From: Candidatus Nanohalarchaeota archaeon
GTDB lineage: Archaea; EX4484-52; B79-G9
Assembly (NCBI GenBank): GCA_030634545.1
Contig: DAOWAN010000003.1
Span: 1 to 48,754 of the forward strand
Length of the DNA: 48,754 bases
Reading direction: 5' to 3'
In this document: piece after piece, positions 19,771 to 29,738 of the stretch
How the letters are laid out: the number at the start of each line of letters is the position of its first letter
How positions within the stretch are numbered: the first letter of the stretch is position 1
Translations under genes and position numbers: made by a program
Notes under the pieces: model-generated
The model's database searches: none
Told to the model about the DNA's origin: nothing
What the model saw: the letters and a program-made list of their open reading frames with translations, nothing else

Positions 19771-19962
19771 GAATCCGGGTGCTTTTGACCATCAACCAAT
19801 CAATAAGTGGAATTTGTTCCACGGACATAGTACAATAGTCACCCGGATCCTTTAGTTTTAGATTTTTCGAAATGTAGTGGGCATCACCTCATGTTTTTGT
19901 TTGTATTACTTTATATTACACAATGTTATACTACATCTATTGTCTTCTGCCTATATATACTT
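19771..19962 (-). ncRNA. Tandem unit 2: promoter plus about 80-nt structured element (19771-19850)
   Basis: Stem ATCCGGGTG/CACCCGGAT; same conserved blocks, about 465 nt from unit 1. Confidence 0.5.
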
Positions 19963-20257
19963 CCTCCATAGCTCAGAACAATTTTTTGCATACATAATAC
20001 ACTATATTTAAAAAAATACACCCTATAATTCAAAAAATAATAAATTACAATATATAAATACAACTACAGATAAATAACAACGCGTTTGAAAGGCATACGG
20101 ATACTTGTTTCAAAGAACTGAAAATTCTCAATATATAAGGTGAAAAAAGATTTCTGGAAAAAAGAAAAAAACAGAAAAACCAAACGCAATAAAAAATAAA
20201 TTATACAACGACCATGAAAGTCACAAAAGAGGCAAATATTATTAAAGATTCACCCCT

Positions 20258-20902
20258 ATGTGGAAGTATACTGTGATTGTTATGAATTCATATACTCTAG
20301 AGGCAAAAGAAAACATTAATCTCTGCAATGGTCCAGAACTAACTGCATATTTGGAAGAGTTAGGTGACTCACAATATTATAGTGCCACAGTATCTGCAGG
20401 TTCATCCGAGGTTAATCCTCCAAAGCACGAGCTACACTTCATTTTACCCCTCAATGAAAGAGACATTTTATTTTTAGAGGATTCATTTGATTCAAAATAT
20501 AGTTTTTTAGCAGCATATGAAGACATAAAATCAAAAGAAAAAACACACCTCGAATACAATCCTGAAGAACTCAAAGCATCCAGAGTGTCTGAAATTTACG
20601 AAATGGGATTAGACAATATTGAAAGTGAATTACGCAAGCATAGAGTTCAGGCAAAACTAATGGGCGGGCTTTGTAAGATGGGTGCTATAATCCGCCCCTC
20701 AAAAGCAGAAGAGTTTACTGTTCGCAAGGCCATGAATTCCAAATATTTACCTATCTTCATTGAAGAGATACTAAGACAAGATCAAAAGGAGCACCCCGTC
20801 AGCAAGGTTCGTGATTTCATCTGGAATAATGACCCACCATACAAGATATCAGCATATGACCTAGGGCTAAAACCAGAAGTATTTATCCCTCTAAAAATTT
20901 AA
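20258..20902 (+). CDS. Hypothetical protein
   Basis: 214-aa ORF with no recognised motif. Confidence 0.65.
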   Translation: MWKYTVIVMNSYTLEAKENINLCNGPELTAYLEELGDSQYYSATVSAGSSEVNPPKHELHFILPLNERDILFLEDSFDSKYSFLAAYEDIKSKEKTHLEYNPEELKASRVSEIYEMGLDNIESELRKHRVQAKLMGGLCKMGAIIRPSKAEEFTVRKAMNSKYLPIFIEEILRQDQKEHPVSKVRDFIWNNDPPYKISAYDLGLKPEVFIPLKI

Positions 20903-21101
20903 CGACCCCATCTGAAAATAACGTATTTTTTTCTGCACCAGCCCAAGAGTTTTTTCTCAAAATTTTGGAACTTTTCAATAATCAAAAAAAAGAACACAAG
21001 CATCTCAACCATAGAAGAACCACACCCCACCAATTCATATCCCCAACAATATGCCTGCAAAAACCACATACCCAACATTTAAATACTATTAATTCAATAA
21101 T

Positions 21102-21674
21102 ATGCCTATGACTTCTACAGTACCATCTACAACTCTTAAACAGGTCCGTATCCATGGCAGGGGTGGTCAGGGCGCAGTTACATCTGCTGAGCTTCTTGCA
21201 ATAGCGGCTTTCAAGGATGGTAAATATTCACAATCGTTTCCTTTCTTCGGAGTAGCGCGGAGGGGGGCGCCAGTACTTGCATTCACGCGCATTGACGACC
21301 ATTTCATCCGCCTTAGGCAGCAGGTAAAAGACCCAGATTATGTGCTTGTGCTTGATGCAACACTTATTGATGTTGTAAATGTAGCAGAAGGCATTAAAAA
21401 AGGCGGCATGATCATAATCAACTCATCAAAGGCACCTGAAGAATTAGGGGAACTCAAGGGAGATTATACAGTAAAAACTGAAGATATCACGAAAATCGCA
21501 CTTGACATAATCGGCAAGCCGTTTGTAAATACACCTATGCTTGGCGCTTTTTCAAAAGCTACGGGCGAGGTAACAATAGAGTCTATTGAGTCAGCCATTA
21601 AAGAGAAGATGCCGCAAAAGATAGCAGACATAAATGTAAAAGCAGCAAGAGAAGTATATAATAACCTGAAATAG
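21102..21674 (+). CDS. porG: Pyruvate/2-oxoacid:ferredoxin oxidoreductase gamma subunit
   Basis: HGRGGQGAVT and PFFGVARRGAPV motifs. Confidence 0.93.
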   Translation: MPMTSTVPSTTLKQVRIHGRGGQGAVTSAELLAIAAFKDGKYSQSFPFFGVARRGAPVLAFTRIDDHFIRLRQQVKDPDYVLVLDATLIDVVNVAEGIKKGGMIIINSSKAPEELGELKGDYTVKTEDITKIALDIIGKPFVNTPMLGAFSKATGEVTIESIESAIKEKMPQKIADINVKAAREVYNNLK

Positions 21675-21950
21675 ATGATGATCATGACAAAGAAACACAT
21701 ACCAGGCGGAATAATTACGGATGTCGGAAATACCACGATAAATAAGACAGGTACATGGCGCACTTTCAGACCCATAGTAGATAAGGACAAATGTATCGGA
21801 TGCGGCATATGCGAGCGATTCTGTCCTGACGGATGTATCGAGATAATCAACAAGAAATGCGAGATAGATTACGACTATTGCAAAGGATGTTTAATATGCA
21901 TGAATGAATGTCCTGTAAAGGCAATAGATAAAGAGATTGAAAAAAAGTGA
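21675..21950 (+). CDS. porD: POR delta subunit
   Basis: TGTWRTFRP, DYDYCKGC and two CxxCxxCxxxCP motifs. Confidence 0.93.
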   Translation: MMIMTKKHIPGGIITDVGNTTINKTGTWRTFRPIVDKDKCIGCGICERFCPDGCIEIINKKCEIDYDYCKGCLICMNECPVKAIDKEIEKK

Positions 21951-21954
21951 GACT

Positions 21955-23103
21955 ATGACTAAAACAGTACTTGAAGGAAGTTTGGCAACAGCACAGGCAG
22001 CAGCATTATGCGAGCCGGATCTGGTGGTTGCATATCCCATAACACCCCAGACACACATCGTTGAGAACCTCGGGAAGATTATCGCATCAGGCAAGTTTAA
22101 AGCAAAACATATTGAAGTAGATTCGGAATTCTCGGCATTATCTGCATGTGTAGGCGGCAGTGCAGCAGGTTCACGCGTCTTCACAGCAACAGCATCACAG
22201 GGATTAGCGCTTATGAATGAGGTTCTTTTCGCTGCGTCAGGCATGAGATTGCCAATAGTCATGGTAGTTGCCAATCGCGCACTTTCTGCGCCTATCAACA
22301 TCTGGAATGACTGGCAGGATTCAATCAGCGCTAGGGATTCAGGATGGATTCAGCTATATTGTGAAACTGTTCAGGAAGTAGTAGATACAATCATACAGGC
22401 ATATAAGATTGCAGAGGATAAAGATGTGCTTCTGCCAGTAATGGTCTGCATGGATGGTTTCTTTCTGACTCATGTGGTTGAGCCTCTGGATATGCCGGAC
22501 GATATCTCAAAATACCTTAAGAAATACAAACCAGAACATGCATTTCTTGACCCGGAAAAACCACAGACACAGGGTCCTTTCGCATTTCCAAAGCCTTATG
22601 CGGAGTTAAGAAAAGATCTTTCTGACACAATTGATGCATCTTCTGAGATAATCAAAAAGTGCCATGATGACTATGCAGGGATTTTCAAGCGCACATACGG
22701 AAACGGTCTGGTGGAAGAATATAAGACAAAAGGCAAAAAAAACATTATAATCACAATGGGTTCACTTTCAGGCAATGTTAAAGAGGTAATAGACAAACGG
22801 GAGGATACAGGACTTTTAAGAATAAAGAGCTTTCGCCCGTTTCCAAAAAAAGAGATTCTTGAGGCACTGAAAGGCAAGGAGACTGTAATCATACTTGAAA
22901 AGAATATATCATTAGGTACGTCCTGCGGGGCACTATTCGATGAAATCCGGAGCATCCACTGTAATGTGAAAGATACGCCTAAGATTCTTGATTACATTGT
23001 GGGTATCGGAGGCATGGACTGTCGCACAGATGATATAGAGAATATAATCAATGAATCAGGTACAAAGAAAGACGGGCACATAGAGTGGCTTATGGAAAAA
23101 TAG
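21955..23103 (+). CDS. porA: POR alpha subunit
   Basis: AYPITPQT, TATASQGL and NRALSAP motifs. Confidence 0.93.
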   Translation: MTKTVLEGSLATAQAAALCEPDLVVAYPITPQTHIVENLGKIIASGKFKAKHIEVDSEFSALSACVGGSAAGSRVFTATASQGLALMNEVLFAASGMRLPIVMVVANRALSAPINIWNDWQDSISARDSGWIQLYCETVQEVVDTIIQAYKIAEDKDVLLPVMVCMDGFFLTHVVEPLDMPDDISKYLKKYKPEHAFLDPEKPQTQGPFAFPKPYAELRKDLSDTIDASSEIIKKCHDDYAGIFKRTYGNGLVEEYKTKGKKNIIITMGSLSGNVKEVIDKREDTGLLRIKSFRPFPKKEILEALKGKETVIILEKNISLGTSCGALFDEIRSIHCNVKDTPKILDYIVGIGGMDCRTDDIENIINESGTKKDGHIEWLMEK

Positions 23104-23112
23104 GGATGTAAT

Positions 23113-23970
23113 ATGAAAAAAGATGAACTTCTGGCACCAGGACACAGGACATGCGCAGGATGCGGACCGGCAATAGCAATACGGTTGCTCTTAAGAGCCG
23201 CAGGTCCAAACACGGTCATCTGCAACGCAACCGGATGCATTGAAGTGACGACAAGCCAGTATCCTACTACATCATGGAAAGTCCCGTGGATTCATGTCCT
23301 CTTTGAGAATGCAGCATCTGTAGCTTCCGGTATAAGAGAAGCTCTTGATATGCAGGGTAAAGAAGATGTAAATGTTATTGCATTAGGGGGTGACGGAGGC
23401 ATGATGGATATCGGTTTTCGGGCAATTTCCGGTCTATGGGAGAGGGGGCATAATGTACTTGTAATCACTTATGATAATGAAGCTTATGCAAATACAGGGG
23501 TCCAGCGATCCGGCGGTACCCCTTGGCTTGCATCAACTACGACTACACCGGCAGGTCCGGCATCAAAAGGCAAGGAGCAATGGAAGAAAGATATGCCGGC
23601 TATTGCTGCAGCACATCACATACCCTATGTTGCGACGGCGTCAATTGCACAGCCTTTTGATCTTGAGAAAAAGATTAAAAAAGCATTGTCAATCAAAGGT
23701 CCAAAATATATACATATCCACACACCATGCACTATCGGCTGGCGCTACGACGAATCAAAGACTATTGAGATTGCAAAACTGGCAATAGATACAAAAATGT
23801 GGGCATTGTATGAGATAGAGAATCACCAGAAGAAGCTTACTTATAAACCTAAAGGTACACCGGTAAAGGAATATTTAAAGGCGCAGGCAAGGTTCCGCCA
23901 CCTCACAGATGAAGATATTGAGGAATATCAGAAGATGATTGATGAGGTATGGGCGCGGGATTTTGAATGA
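23113..23970 (+). CDS. porB: POR beta subunit
   Basis: GHRTCAGC, GGDGG and DNEAYANTG motifs. Confidence 0.93.
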   Translation: MKKDELLAPGHRTCAGCGPAIAIRLLLRAAGPNTVICNATGCIEVTTSQYPTTSWKVPWIHVLFENAASVASGIREALDMQGKEDVNVIALGGDGGMMDIGFRAISGLWERGHNVLVITYDNEAYANTGVQRSGGTPWLASTTTTPAGPASKGKEQWKKDMPAIAAAHHIPYVATASIAQPFDLEKKIKKALSIKGPKYIHIHTPCTIGWRYDESKTIEIAKLAIDTKMWALYEIENHQKKLTYKPKGTPVKEYLKAQARFRHLTDEDIEEYQKMIDEVWARDFE

Positions 23971-24147
23971 ATCCCATCGCTATTCTACTCATACTTCTTG
24001 TGTTCTATCCCCATATGAAAATCCGTATTCTGATAAATTTAAATAAAATCTTTACATATATTTAGATATAGATATGTTTGAAGATTATTTTACATCAAAA
24101 AAGAGAAGAAAAAAATCGAACAATCTCTTTGGAGAATGCCTGATTCC

Positions 24148-24693
24148 TCATAATTCGATATGTCCGGATAAGGTAATGCCATTTAAAATATCGGACTTGA
24201 GAGTTTGATCTATACTGCTTAAATCTTCATAAAAATTTAGAGATATGAATCTATCCAATCTTTTACTATATACGGTTAAATCAATATCTTTTTCTTTTGA
24301 GTTAATTATTGTAATATCAATATCAGATCCCACTGTATCCTTGCCTGATGAATAAGCGCCAAATAATATGATTGCGCATCCAGGGAATTTCTCATCCAGA
24401 AAAGCACAAAGACCGGAATCATAAATCTGCTCAAGATTATCTATTCTCTTGAATGCCAGCACTTTTGGATTATCATGATTAAGCTGAATAGAAGTAAGGT
24501 TCACAGAACCTACTTTTTCAATGATTACAAATCCTTCGCGTTCCATGTAAGTCATTGCTTTTGCTATTGCAGTAGGTGAAACATTTAATACCCGCGCAAT
24601 CTCTCTCTTGTTAAGGGAGATGCCTGCGGTTATGCATAGTAACCTGAAAATCCTATTCTGCAAGCAGGTAAACATTAGTTTAGATGTATCCAT
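24148..24693 (-). CDS. HTH plus minimal nucleotidyltransferase (MNT) protein
   Basis: REIARVLNVSPTAI HTH; LFGAYSSGKDTVGSDIDI. Confidence 0.85.
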   Translation of the reverse strand: MDTSKLMFTCLQNRIFRLLCITAGISLNKREIARVLNVSPTAIAKAMTYMEREGFVIIEKVGSVNLTSIQLNHDNPKVLAFKRIDNLEQIYDSGLCAFLDEKFPGCAIILFGAYSSGKDTVGSDIDITIINSKEKDIDLTVYSKRLDRFISLNFYEDLSSIDQTLKSDILNGITLSGHIEL

Positions 24694-24941
24694 AATAGTT
24701 TCTATGTGTACACTTGAGTTTATAACTATTTCTGTAATGTGGCGGTATTGACTATAAAATACACTACCAAATAGAATATTTCCTGAACTTTCCATTACAG
24801 AGTAAAACATTTGCGCAAAAGAGTCACTCTACAACGGAAAGATATACTCTAACAGAAAAAACAATTCAATTCTTTCGGCAACCCCCATACACTAATCAAC
24901 TATAAAAACGACACATAACCAGAGGAATTAGGTGATAAACA

Positions 24942-25628
24942 ATGAAACTAAACAAAAATACAGAAAAGCCAATAGACATGCCGAAACTAAAAAGCCCATT
25001 CATAAGAAAGGATATAAACAACCAATACGTCTGCACTCCTGAAATCAATAACGATTATCGGTGGGTATTTACAAAAGAAAGCACGGCAATAGAAAAACTG
25101 GATGGCACAAACATAAGCATAGTCATAGAAAATAAGACAATAACCCAAATATACAACCGCAAAAACCATATAGATGTCTGGAAAAAAGGCAGCAAAATAT
25201 ATGCGCAGGGTCTCTTAGAGACCATAGACCGCCAGTACTTCAAACCAAACCACATGATGGACGGGCAGTATTTTGGCGAACTTATCGGCGCAAGAATCAA
25301 TGGCAACCAGTATAAGCAGGATAATCCAATATGGCTCCCATTCTACTATCTTGAAAAAAACTACCGCTACAAATTCTGGGATGACTTTGTAAAAGAACTC
25401 GACGGTCTTGAAGACAAAGAAATCTATGAAAAAATGCGCAGCCTCTTCAAAGGGCTATGGAGCTTATACAAGCGAAAAAAAGCAATTAAAGGCGAAGTAG
25501 ATGAGACCACTGCGTTTGAAGGTCTTGCAGCAGAAGGCATAGTGTTCTACCGGAAAGGCACAAATGAGATGTGCAAACTAAGGCGCGATATGTTTGACTT
25601 CTATAGAGGGAGGCATCATAAAAACTGA
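24942..25628 (+). CDS. ATP-dependent RNA ligase-like nucleotidyltransferase
   Basis: Ligase motifs EKLDGTN (I), GELIG (III), EGIVF (IV) and KLRR (V); no OB domain. Confidence 0.8.
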   Translation: MKLNKNTEKPIDMPKLKSPFIRKDINNQYVCTPEINNDYRWVFTKESTAIEKLDGTNISIVIENKTITQIYNRKNHIDVWKKGSKIYAQGLLETIDRQYFKPNHMMDGQYFGELIGARINGNQYKQDNPIWLPFYYLEKNYRYKFWDDFVKELDGLEDKEIYEKMRSLFKGLWSLYKRKKAIKGEVDETTAFEGLAAEGIVFYRKGTNEMCKLRRDMFDFYRGRHHKN

Positions 25629-25650
25629 GATATCGCACGAGGAGGATATT

Positions 25651-26679
25651 ATGAGAAGTGAAATTAAGGATATAAATATGGACAAGGTCTACAGGGACAT
25701 AAGAACTGTATTGGAAAAAGCCAGAGGTAATGCATACAGGGCAGTTAATTTTGCAATGGTTACAGCGTACTGGCAGATAGGTAAAGTTATCGTCGAAGAA
25801 GAACAGGAAGGTGTAAAACGTGCAGAATACGGAAAATCACTTATAAAATGTCTTGCACAAAAACTAACACAAGAGTACGGCAAAGGATTTACTGAAAGAA
25901 ATCTGTGGTACATCAGGGATTTTTATATGAAGTTCCGAAAAGTGAACGCACTGCGTTCAGAATTGACATGGACCCATTACAGGATGCTTTTGCGCATCGA
26001 AAAAGAGGAAACAAGACAATTTTATATGGCGGAATCTGTTAATAGTAACTGGAGCACAAGAGAACTTGAAAGGCAAATAAACTCTCTTCTTTATGAGCGA
26101 ATTGCTTTAAGCAAAGATAAAGAAAAGGTAAAAGAATTGTCAGAACAAGGTCAAATTCTCAGGAAACCGGAAGATATTATTAAGAATCCTTACGTTCTTG
26201 AATTTTTGGGATTAAAAGAGAATACTAAATTGCATGAGAGTGATTTGGAGCAATTGCTGATTGATAAGCTACAGGCATTTCTGCTTGAACTTGGGAAAGG
26301 ATTTTCTCTTGTAGCAAGGCAAAAAAGAATATCTGTTGGCGGAGATCATTACTATATTGATTTAGTATTCTATAATTACATTTTGAAGTGTTTCGTTCTT
26401 ATTGACCTGAAAATTGGCAAGCTCACACATCAGGATATAGGGCAAATTGACTTTTATACGCGCTATTATGAAAAAGAAGAAAGGCAGGACAGCGATAATC
26501 CTACAGTTGGCTTGATTCTGTGTTCAGATAAAAATGAATCAATGGTAAAATACACTCTTCTTAATGATAACAAGAGGGTTTTTGCATCAAAATACAAACT
26601 CTGCCTGCCGACAGAAGAAGAACTTAAAAAAGAGATACTCAGGGAGCGTATGCAAATAGAAGAGGAAAAAACTCGCTAA
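25651..26679 (+). CDS. YhcG/DUF1016 PD-(D/E)xK nuclease-domain protein
   Basis: YWQIGK, LTWTHY, WSTRELERQI, PYVLEFL, FLLELGKGF and IDLK motifs; GAGGAGG SD. Confidence 0.93.
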   Translation: MRSEIKDINMDKVYRDIRTVLEKARGNAYRAVNFAMVTAYWQIGKVIVEEEQEGVKRAEYGKSLIKCLAQKLTQEYGKGFTERNLWYIRDFYMKFRKVNALRSELTWTHYRMLLRIEKEETRQFYMAESVNSNWSTRELERQINSLLYERIALSKDKEKVKELSEQGQILRKPEDIIKNPYVLEFLGLKENTKLHESDLEQLLIDKLQAFLLELGKGFSLVARQKRISVGGDHYYIDLVFYNYILKCFVLIDLKIGKLTHQDIGQIDFYTRYYEKEERQDSDNPTVGLILCSDKNESMVKYTLLNDNKRVFASKYKLCLPTEEELKKEILRERMQIEEEKTR

Positions 26680-26751
26680 ACAAAAAACCAGATAATAACA
26701 AGAAAACAAAAAACATGGCTCTTTCTATCAACAATCTGAGACCACCCCCCA

Positions 26752-27636
26752 TTAACTTCCCATCTTCTGCAAAATAGACTGATATGAGCCGTCAAAATCA
26801 AAACTCGGCAGATATCCCGAAGTTACAAAAAAGAAAACCGCTACTGCAAAAGCCAGCGAAAGCATGTTAACAATAAACCCCTTCCAAAGATCTTCCCGCT
26901 CATCTGCTTTGAGCAGAAACATTGTAACTGTGATGGATAAGAAACCACCGATATGTGCAAAATGCGCTATCCCATCATTCACCTGCCCCAAAATCCCTGC
27001 AATGTCTGCATAAATCACAAGCCACCCACTTACAATATTCGGCAGCGGAACAACAGACTGGTAAGTAATCCCGAAAGGTTCAATCAGCATTGCTGCGGCA
27101 ACCACACCCATCAATGCACCGGAGGCGCCAATCGCACCGGCATCAGATCCGGTAATAAAAAGAGATACAAGAGAGTAAAATAAACTGCTGATAATCAAAG
27201 CTCCGAAATAAATCATAGCAGTCTTACTGCTACCAAGCCTTCGCTCAACTGTTCTTCCGAAAACAAAAATGCCCAGCATATTTCCAAACAGGTGCACAAG
27301 ACTGCCATGCAGAAATCCGCAGGTCACAAGCGTATAATAACTCCCGAAATCATACAGGTTGCCCGGGTAATTTACAAAAGACATGAATAGCTCTTCACTA
27401 AAAAACAGACTGGCAAACATAATTACGATATTCAGAATAATTATCGTGATAGTAAATTTTGCCTCAAACATAAACCTGTGCATATAAGAAAATGGCTCAA
27501 ATAAATCATTCCAATTCCTCTTTCCTATGAGAATCAGCAGAAAAGTTACGGGCGTAAGCAATATATCTATAAAAAACTTCCAAAGAAATCGTGATTCAGA
27601 TTCAATCTCTTTTTCTTTATCTTTAGCATTGCCCAT
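26752..27636 (-). CDS. Rhomboid intramembrane protease
   Basis: HLFGNM, GASGA and AHFAHIGG motifs. Confidence 0.92.
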   Translation of the reverse strand: MGNAKDKEKEIESESRFLWKFFIDILLTPVTFLLILIGKRNWNDLFEPFSYMHRFMFEAKFTITIIILNIVIMFASLFFSEELFMSFVNYPGNLYDFGSYYTLVTCGFLHGSLVHLFGNMLGIFVFGRTVERRLGSSKTAMIYFGALIISSLFYSLVSLFITGSDAGAIGASGALMGVVAAAMLIEPFGITYQSVVPLPNIVSGWLVIYADIAGILGQVNDGIAHFAHIGGFLSITVTMFLLKADEREDLWKGFIVNMLSLAFAVAVFFFVTSGYLPSFDFDGSYQSILQKMGS

Positions 27637-27757
27637 AATATCACTTAGACTATATTAACATATATAATTTTAAAGTGTTTTAGATAAATACAGGGAATAA
27701 CGGGCACATAGAATGCATATTTCTCTTAACCGAACACGTATGCAGTGAAAATACACT

Positions 27758-28157
27758 TATAGTAAAAGCCATAACTATTTTGACTGAATGGCTTTTCTAT
27801 ATGCTTAAAATTGCGATGCAATTTTAGCATCCAACAAATCAATGTGATTTGTTCGGATCATTAAAAATCGTTTTACGATGTTTATGATTGCGGAATTGCG
27901 ACCCAATTCCTAATTTCGCAATAAGCAATTCAGTATGAATTGCGAAATTTTGAAAATTTGTACCAAATTTCCAATTTTCGAAATTTGAAATGGGTGACCA
28001 TTTCGAAAATCCAGGAAATCTTTGATTTCCCCGGATAGATTGACGCCTCTAGGTTTTTTCTAGAGTTTGTCCATTTTTTATCGTATATGAAAATAAAAAA
28101 GCTTGGAATTCTCCAATTGTACATATCTTCCATGATTTAGTAACGGCGTCAACTATA
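27758..28157. repeat. MITE-like hairpin-array element, copy 2 (about 8 modules)
   Basis: Left stem TATAGT-AAAAGCCAT..ATGGCTTTT; right stem TTGACGCC..GGCGTCAA-CTATA. Confidence 0.8.
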
Positions 28158-28187
28158 CATTAATATTTATGCGCATAATTAGTTCCT

Positions 28188-29738
28188 ATGGAGAAGATAG
28201 ATGAGGGGAAGAAGGATATGGATGAAGTTGGTGAAGTTATTTCGTGTCTGAGGAAGAAGGGGCTTATTGTTGATACCGGGGCGCTTGAGTTCATCAAGGA
28301 GAAGAATCTGGGATGCTCTGATGTTGAGTCTATACGTGTGGAGTCGCTGTTTCTTACTAAGGAGATGATTGAGGCGCATATTGGGAAGGTTAAAGTGAGT
28401 GAGACTAAGGAAGTAGAGGTCGCTTTGGAGGATGAAGATGAGCTATGCACGGATCCTGAGATGCAAGATACTAATGAAGAGGAGAGTCCTGAAGTGAATG
28501 GTACCGGAGAGAGGTCTCCTTGTGTGAGGGTTGAAAGTCCTCTGTGCGATGAGCCGAGGGAGAGGCGTATTGATTCGTTTGTAGGGTATTTCAATGCGCG
28601 ATATAATGCGATGAAGAATCTGCTTTTGCGCAGGCAGGAGCTTAAGAATCTTGTGTCTCTCGGAAGGTTTACCAAGTATAGTAATGACAGGAATGTCTCT
28701 GTTATCGGGATTGTGACGGGTGTCTCGAAGAGCAAGGCAGGGAATACTGTTGTAAATCTTGAGGACCCGACTGGCAAAATTATGGTGATCATAAAGGACC
28801 AGAAAGGGATTGGCGAGGATGAGCTTCTGAATGATGTGGTTATTGGAGTATGCGGCAGTACGTTTAATGGGTTTTTCTATGCGGATTCTATTGTGCTTGC
28901 AGATGTGCCTATACTGAATAATGCTAAGACTGTTTCAGATCATGTTTCGGGTGTGTTTCTTTCGGATCTGCATTTTGGCAGCAAGTATTTTAATAAGGGG
29001 ATTGAGGAGAGGTTTTTGAAGTGGATTATGTCTCCTTCAGGGGCGCAGGTCAGGTATCTGTTTATTTGCGGGGATAATGTTGACGGGGTCGGGATATACC
29101 CGGGGCAGGATTCTGAGCTTGTTGAGACTGATATTTTTGCGCAGTACAGGCTTTTTGAGGAGTTTGTACTAAAGATCCCGCGGCATATACAGATCATAAT
29201 ATGCCCGGGGAACCATGATGCTGTGAGGATAGGTGAGCCACAGCCGGCGCTTGGGAGGGATCTTGTCCCGAATATATGTGATGCAGAGAATGTGCATCTT
29301 GTGGGGAATCCAGCGTATGTAAATGTACATGGTGGTGATTCTGCGGATGGTATCAATGTCCTTATGTATCACGGGTATAGTTTTACGAGTATTGTTGATG
29401 CGATTCCTTATCTTAGGCAGAAGGGGCTTGTCAATCCGCAGTATGTGATGGAGTATGTGCTGAAGAGGAGGCATCTTGCGCCGCCTTACGGTGTGACTGT
29501 GGGTATGCCTGAGAAGCAGGATGCTCTTGTGATCAGCAAGATCCCGGATATTTTCCAGACAGGGGATCTTCATTCGCATGCGATTGATGATTACAGGGGG
29601 ATCACTCTTATATCGTCCAGTACGTTTCAGGACCAGACTCCGTTTATGGATCGCGTGGGGCATGTCGCTAATCCCGGGAAGGTCAGTGTTGTTGATTTTC
29701 ATACAAGGGAGGCAAAGTCTATTGATTTTAGTTCCTAG
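28188..29738 (+). CDS. polB: DNA polymerase D small subunit DP1
   Basis: OB fold (LEDPTG); phosphoesterase motifs SDLHFGS, GDNVDG, PGNHD, YHG and GDLH. Confidence 0.93.
   Translation: MEKIDEGKKDMDEVGEVISCLRKKGLIVDTGALEFIKEKNLGCSDVESIRVESLFLTKEMIEAHIGKVKVSETKEVEVALEDEDELCTDPEMQDTNEEESPEVNGTGERSPCVRVESPLCDEPRERRIDSFVGYFNARYNAMKNLLLRRQELKNLVSLGRFTKYSNDRNVSVIGIVTGVSKSKAGNTVVNLEDPTGKIMVIIKDQKGIGEDELLNDVVIGVCGSTFNGFFYADSIVLADVPILNNAKTVSDHVSGVFLSDLHFGSKYFNKGIEERFLKWIMSPSGAQVRYLFICGDNVDGVGIYPGQDSELVETDIFAQYRLFEEFVLKIPRHIQIIICPGNHDAVRIGEPQPALGRDLVPNICDAENVHLVGNPAYVNVHGGDSADGINVLMYHGYSFTSIVDAIPYLRQKGLVNPQYVMEYVLKRRHLAPPYGVTVGMPEKQDALVISKIPDIFQTGDLHSHAIDDYRGITLISSSTFQDQTPFMDRVGHVANPGKVSVVDFHTREAKSIDFSS

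Noticed and set aside
27930-28133. 67-aa ORF
   Set aside because: Lies wholly inside repeat copy 2.
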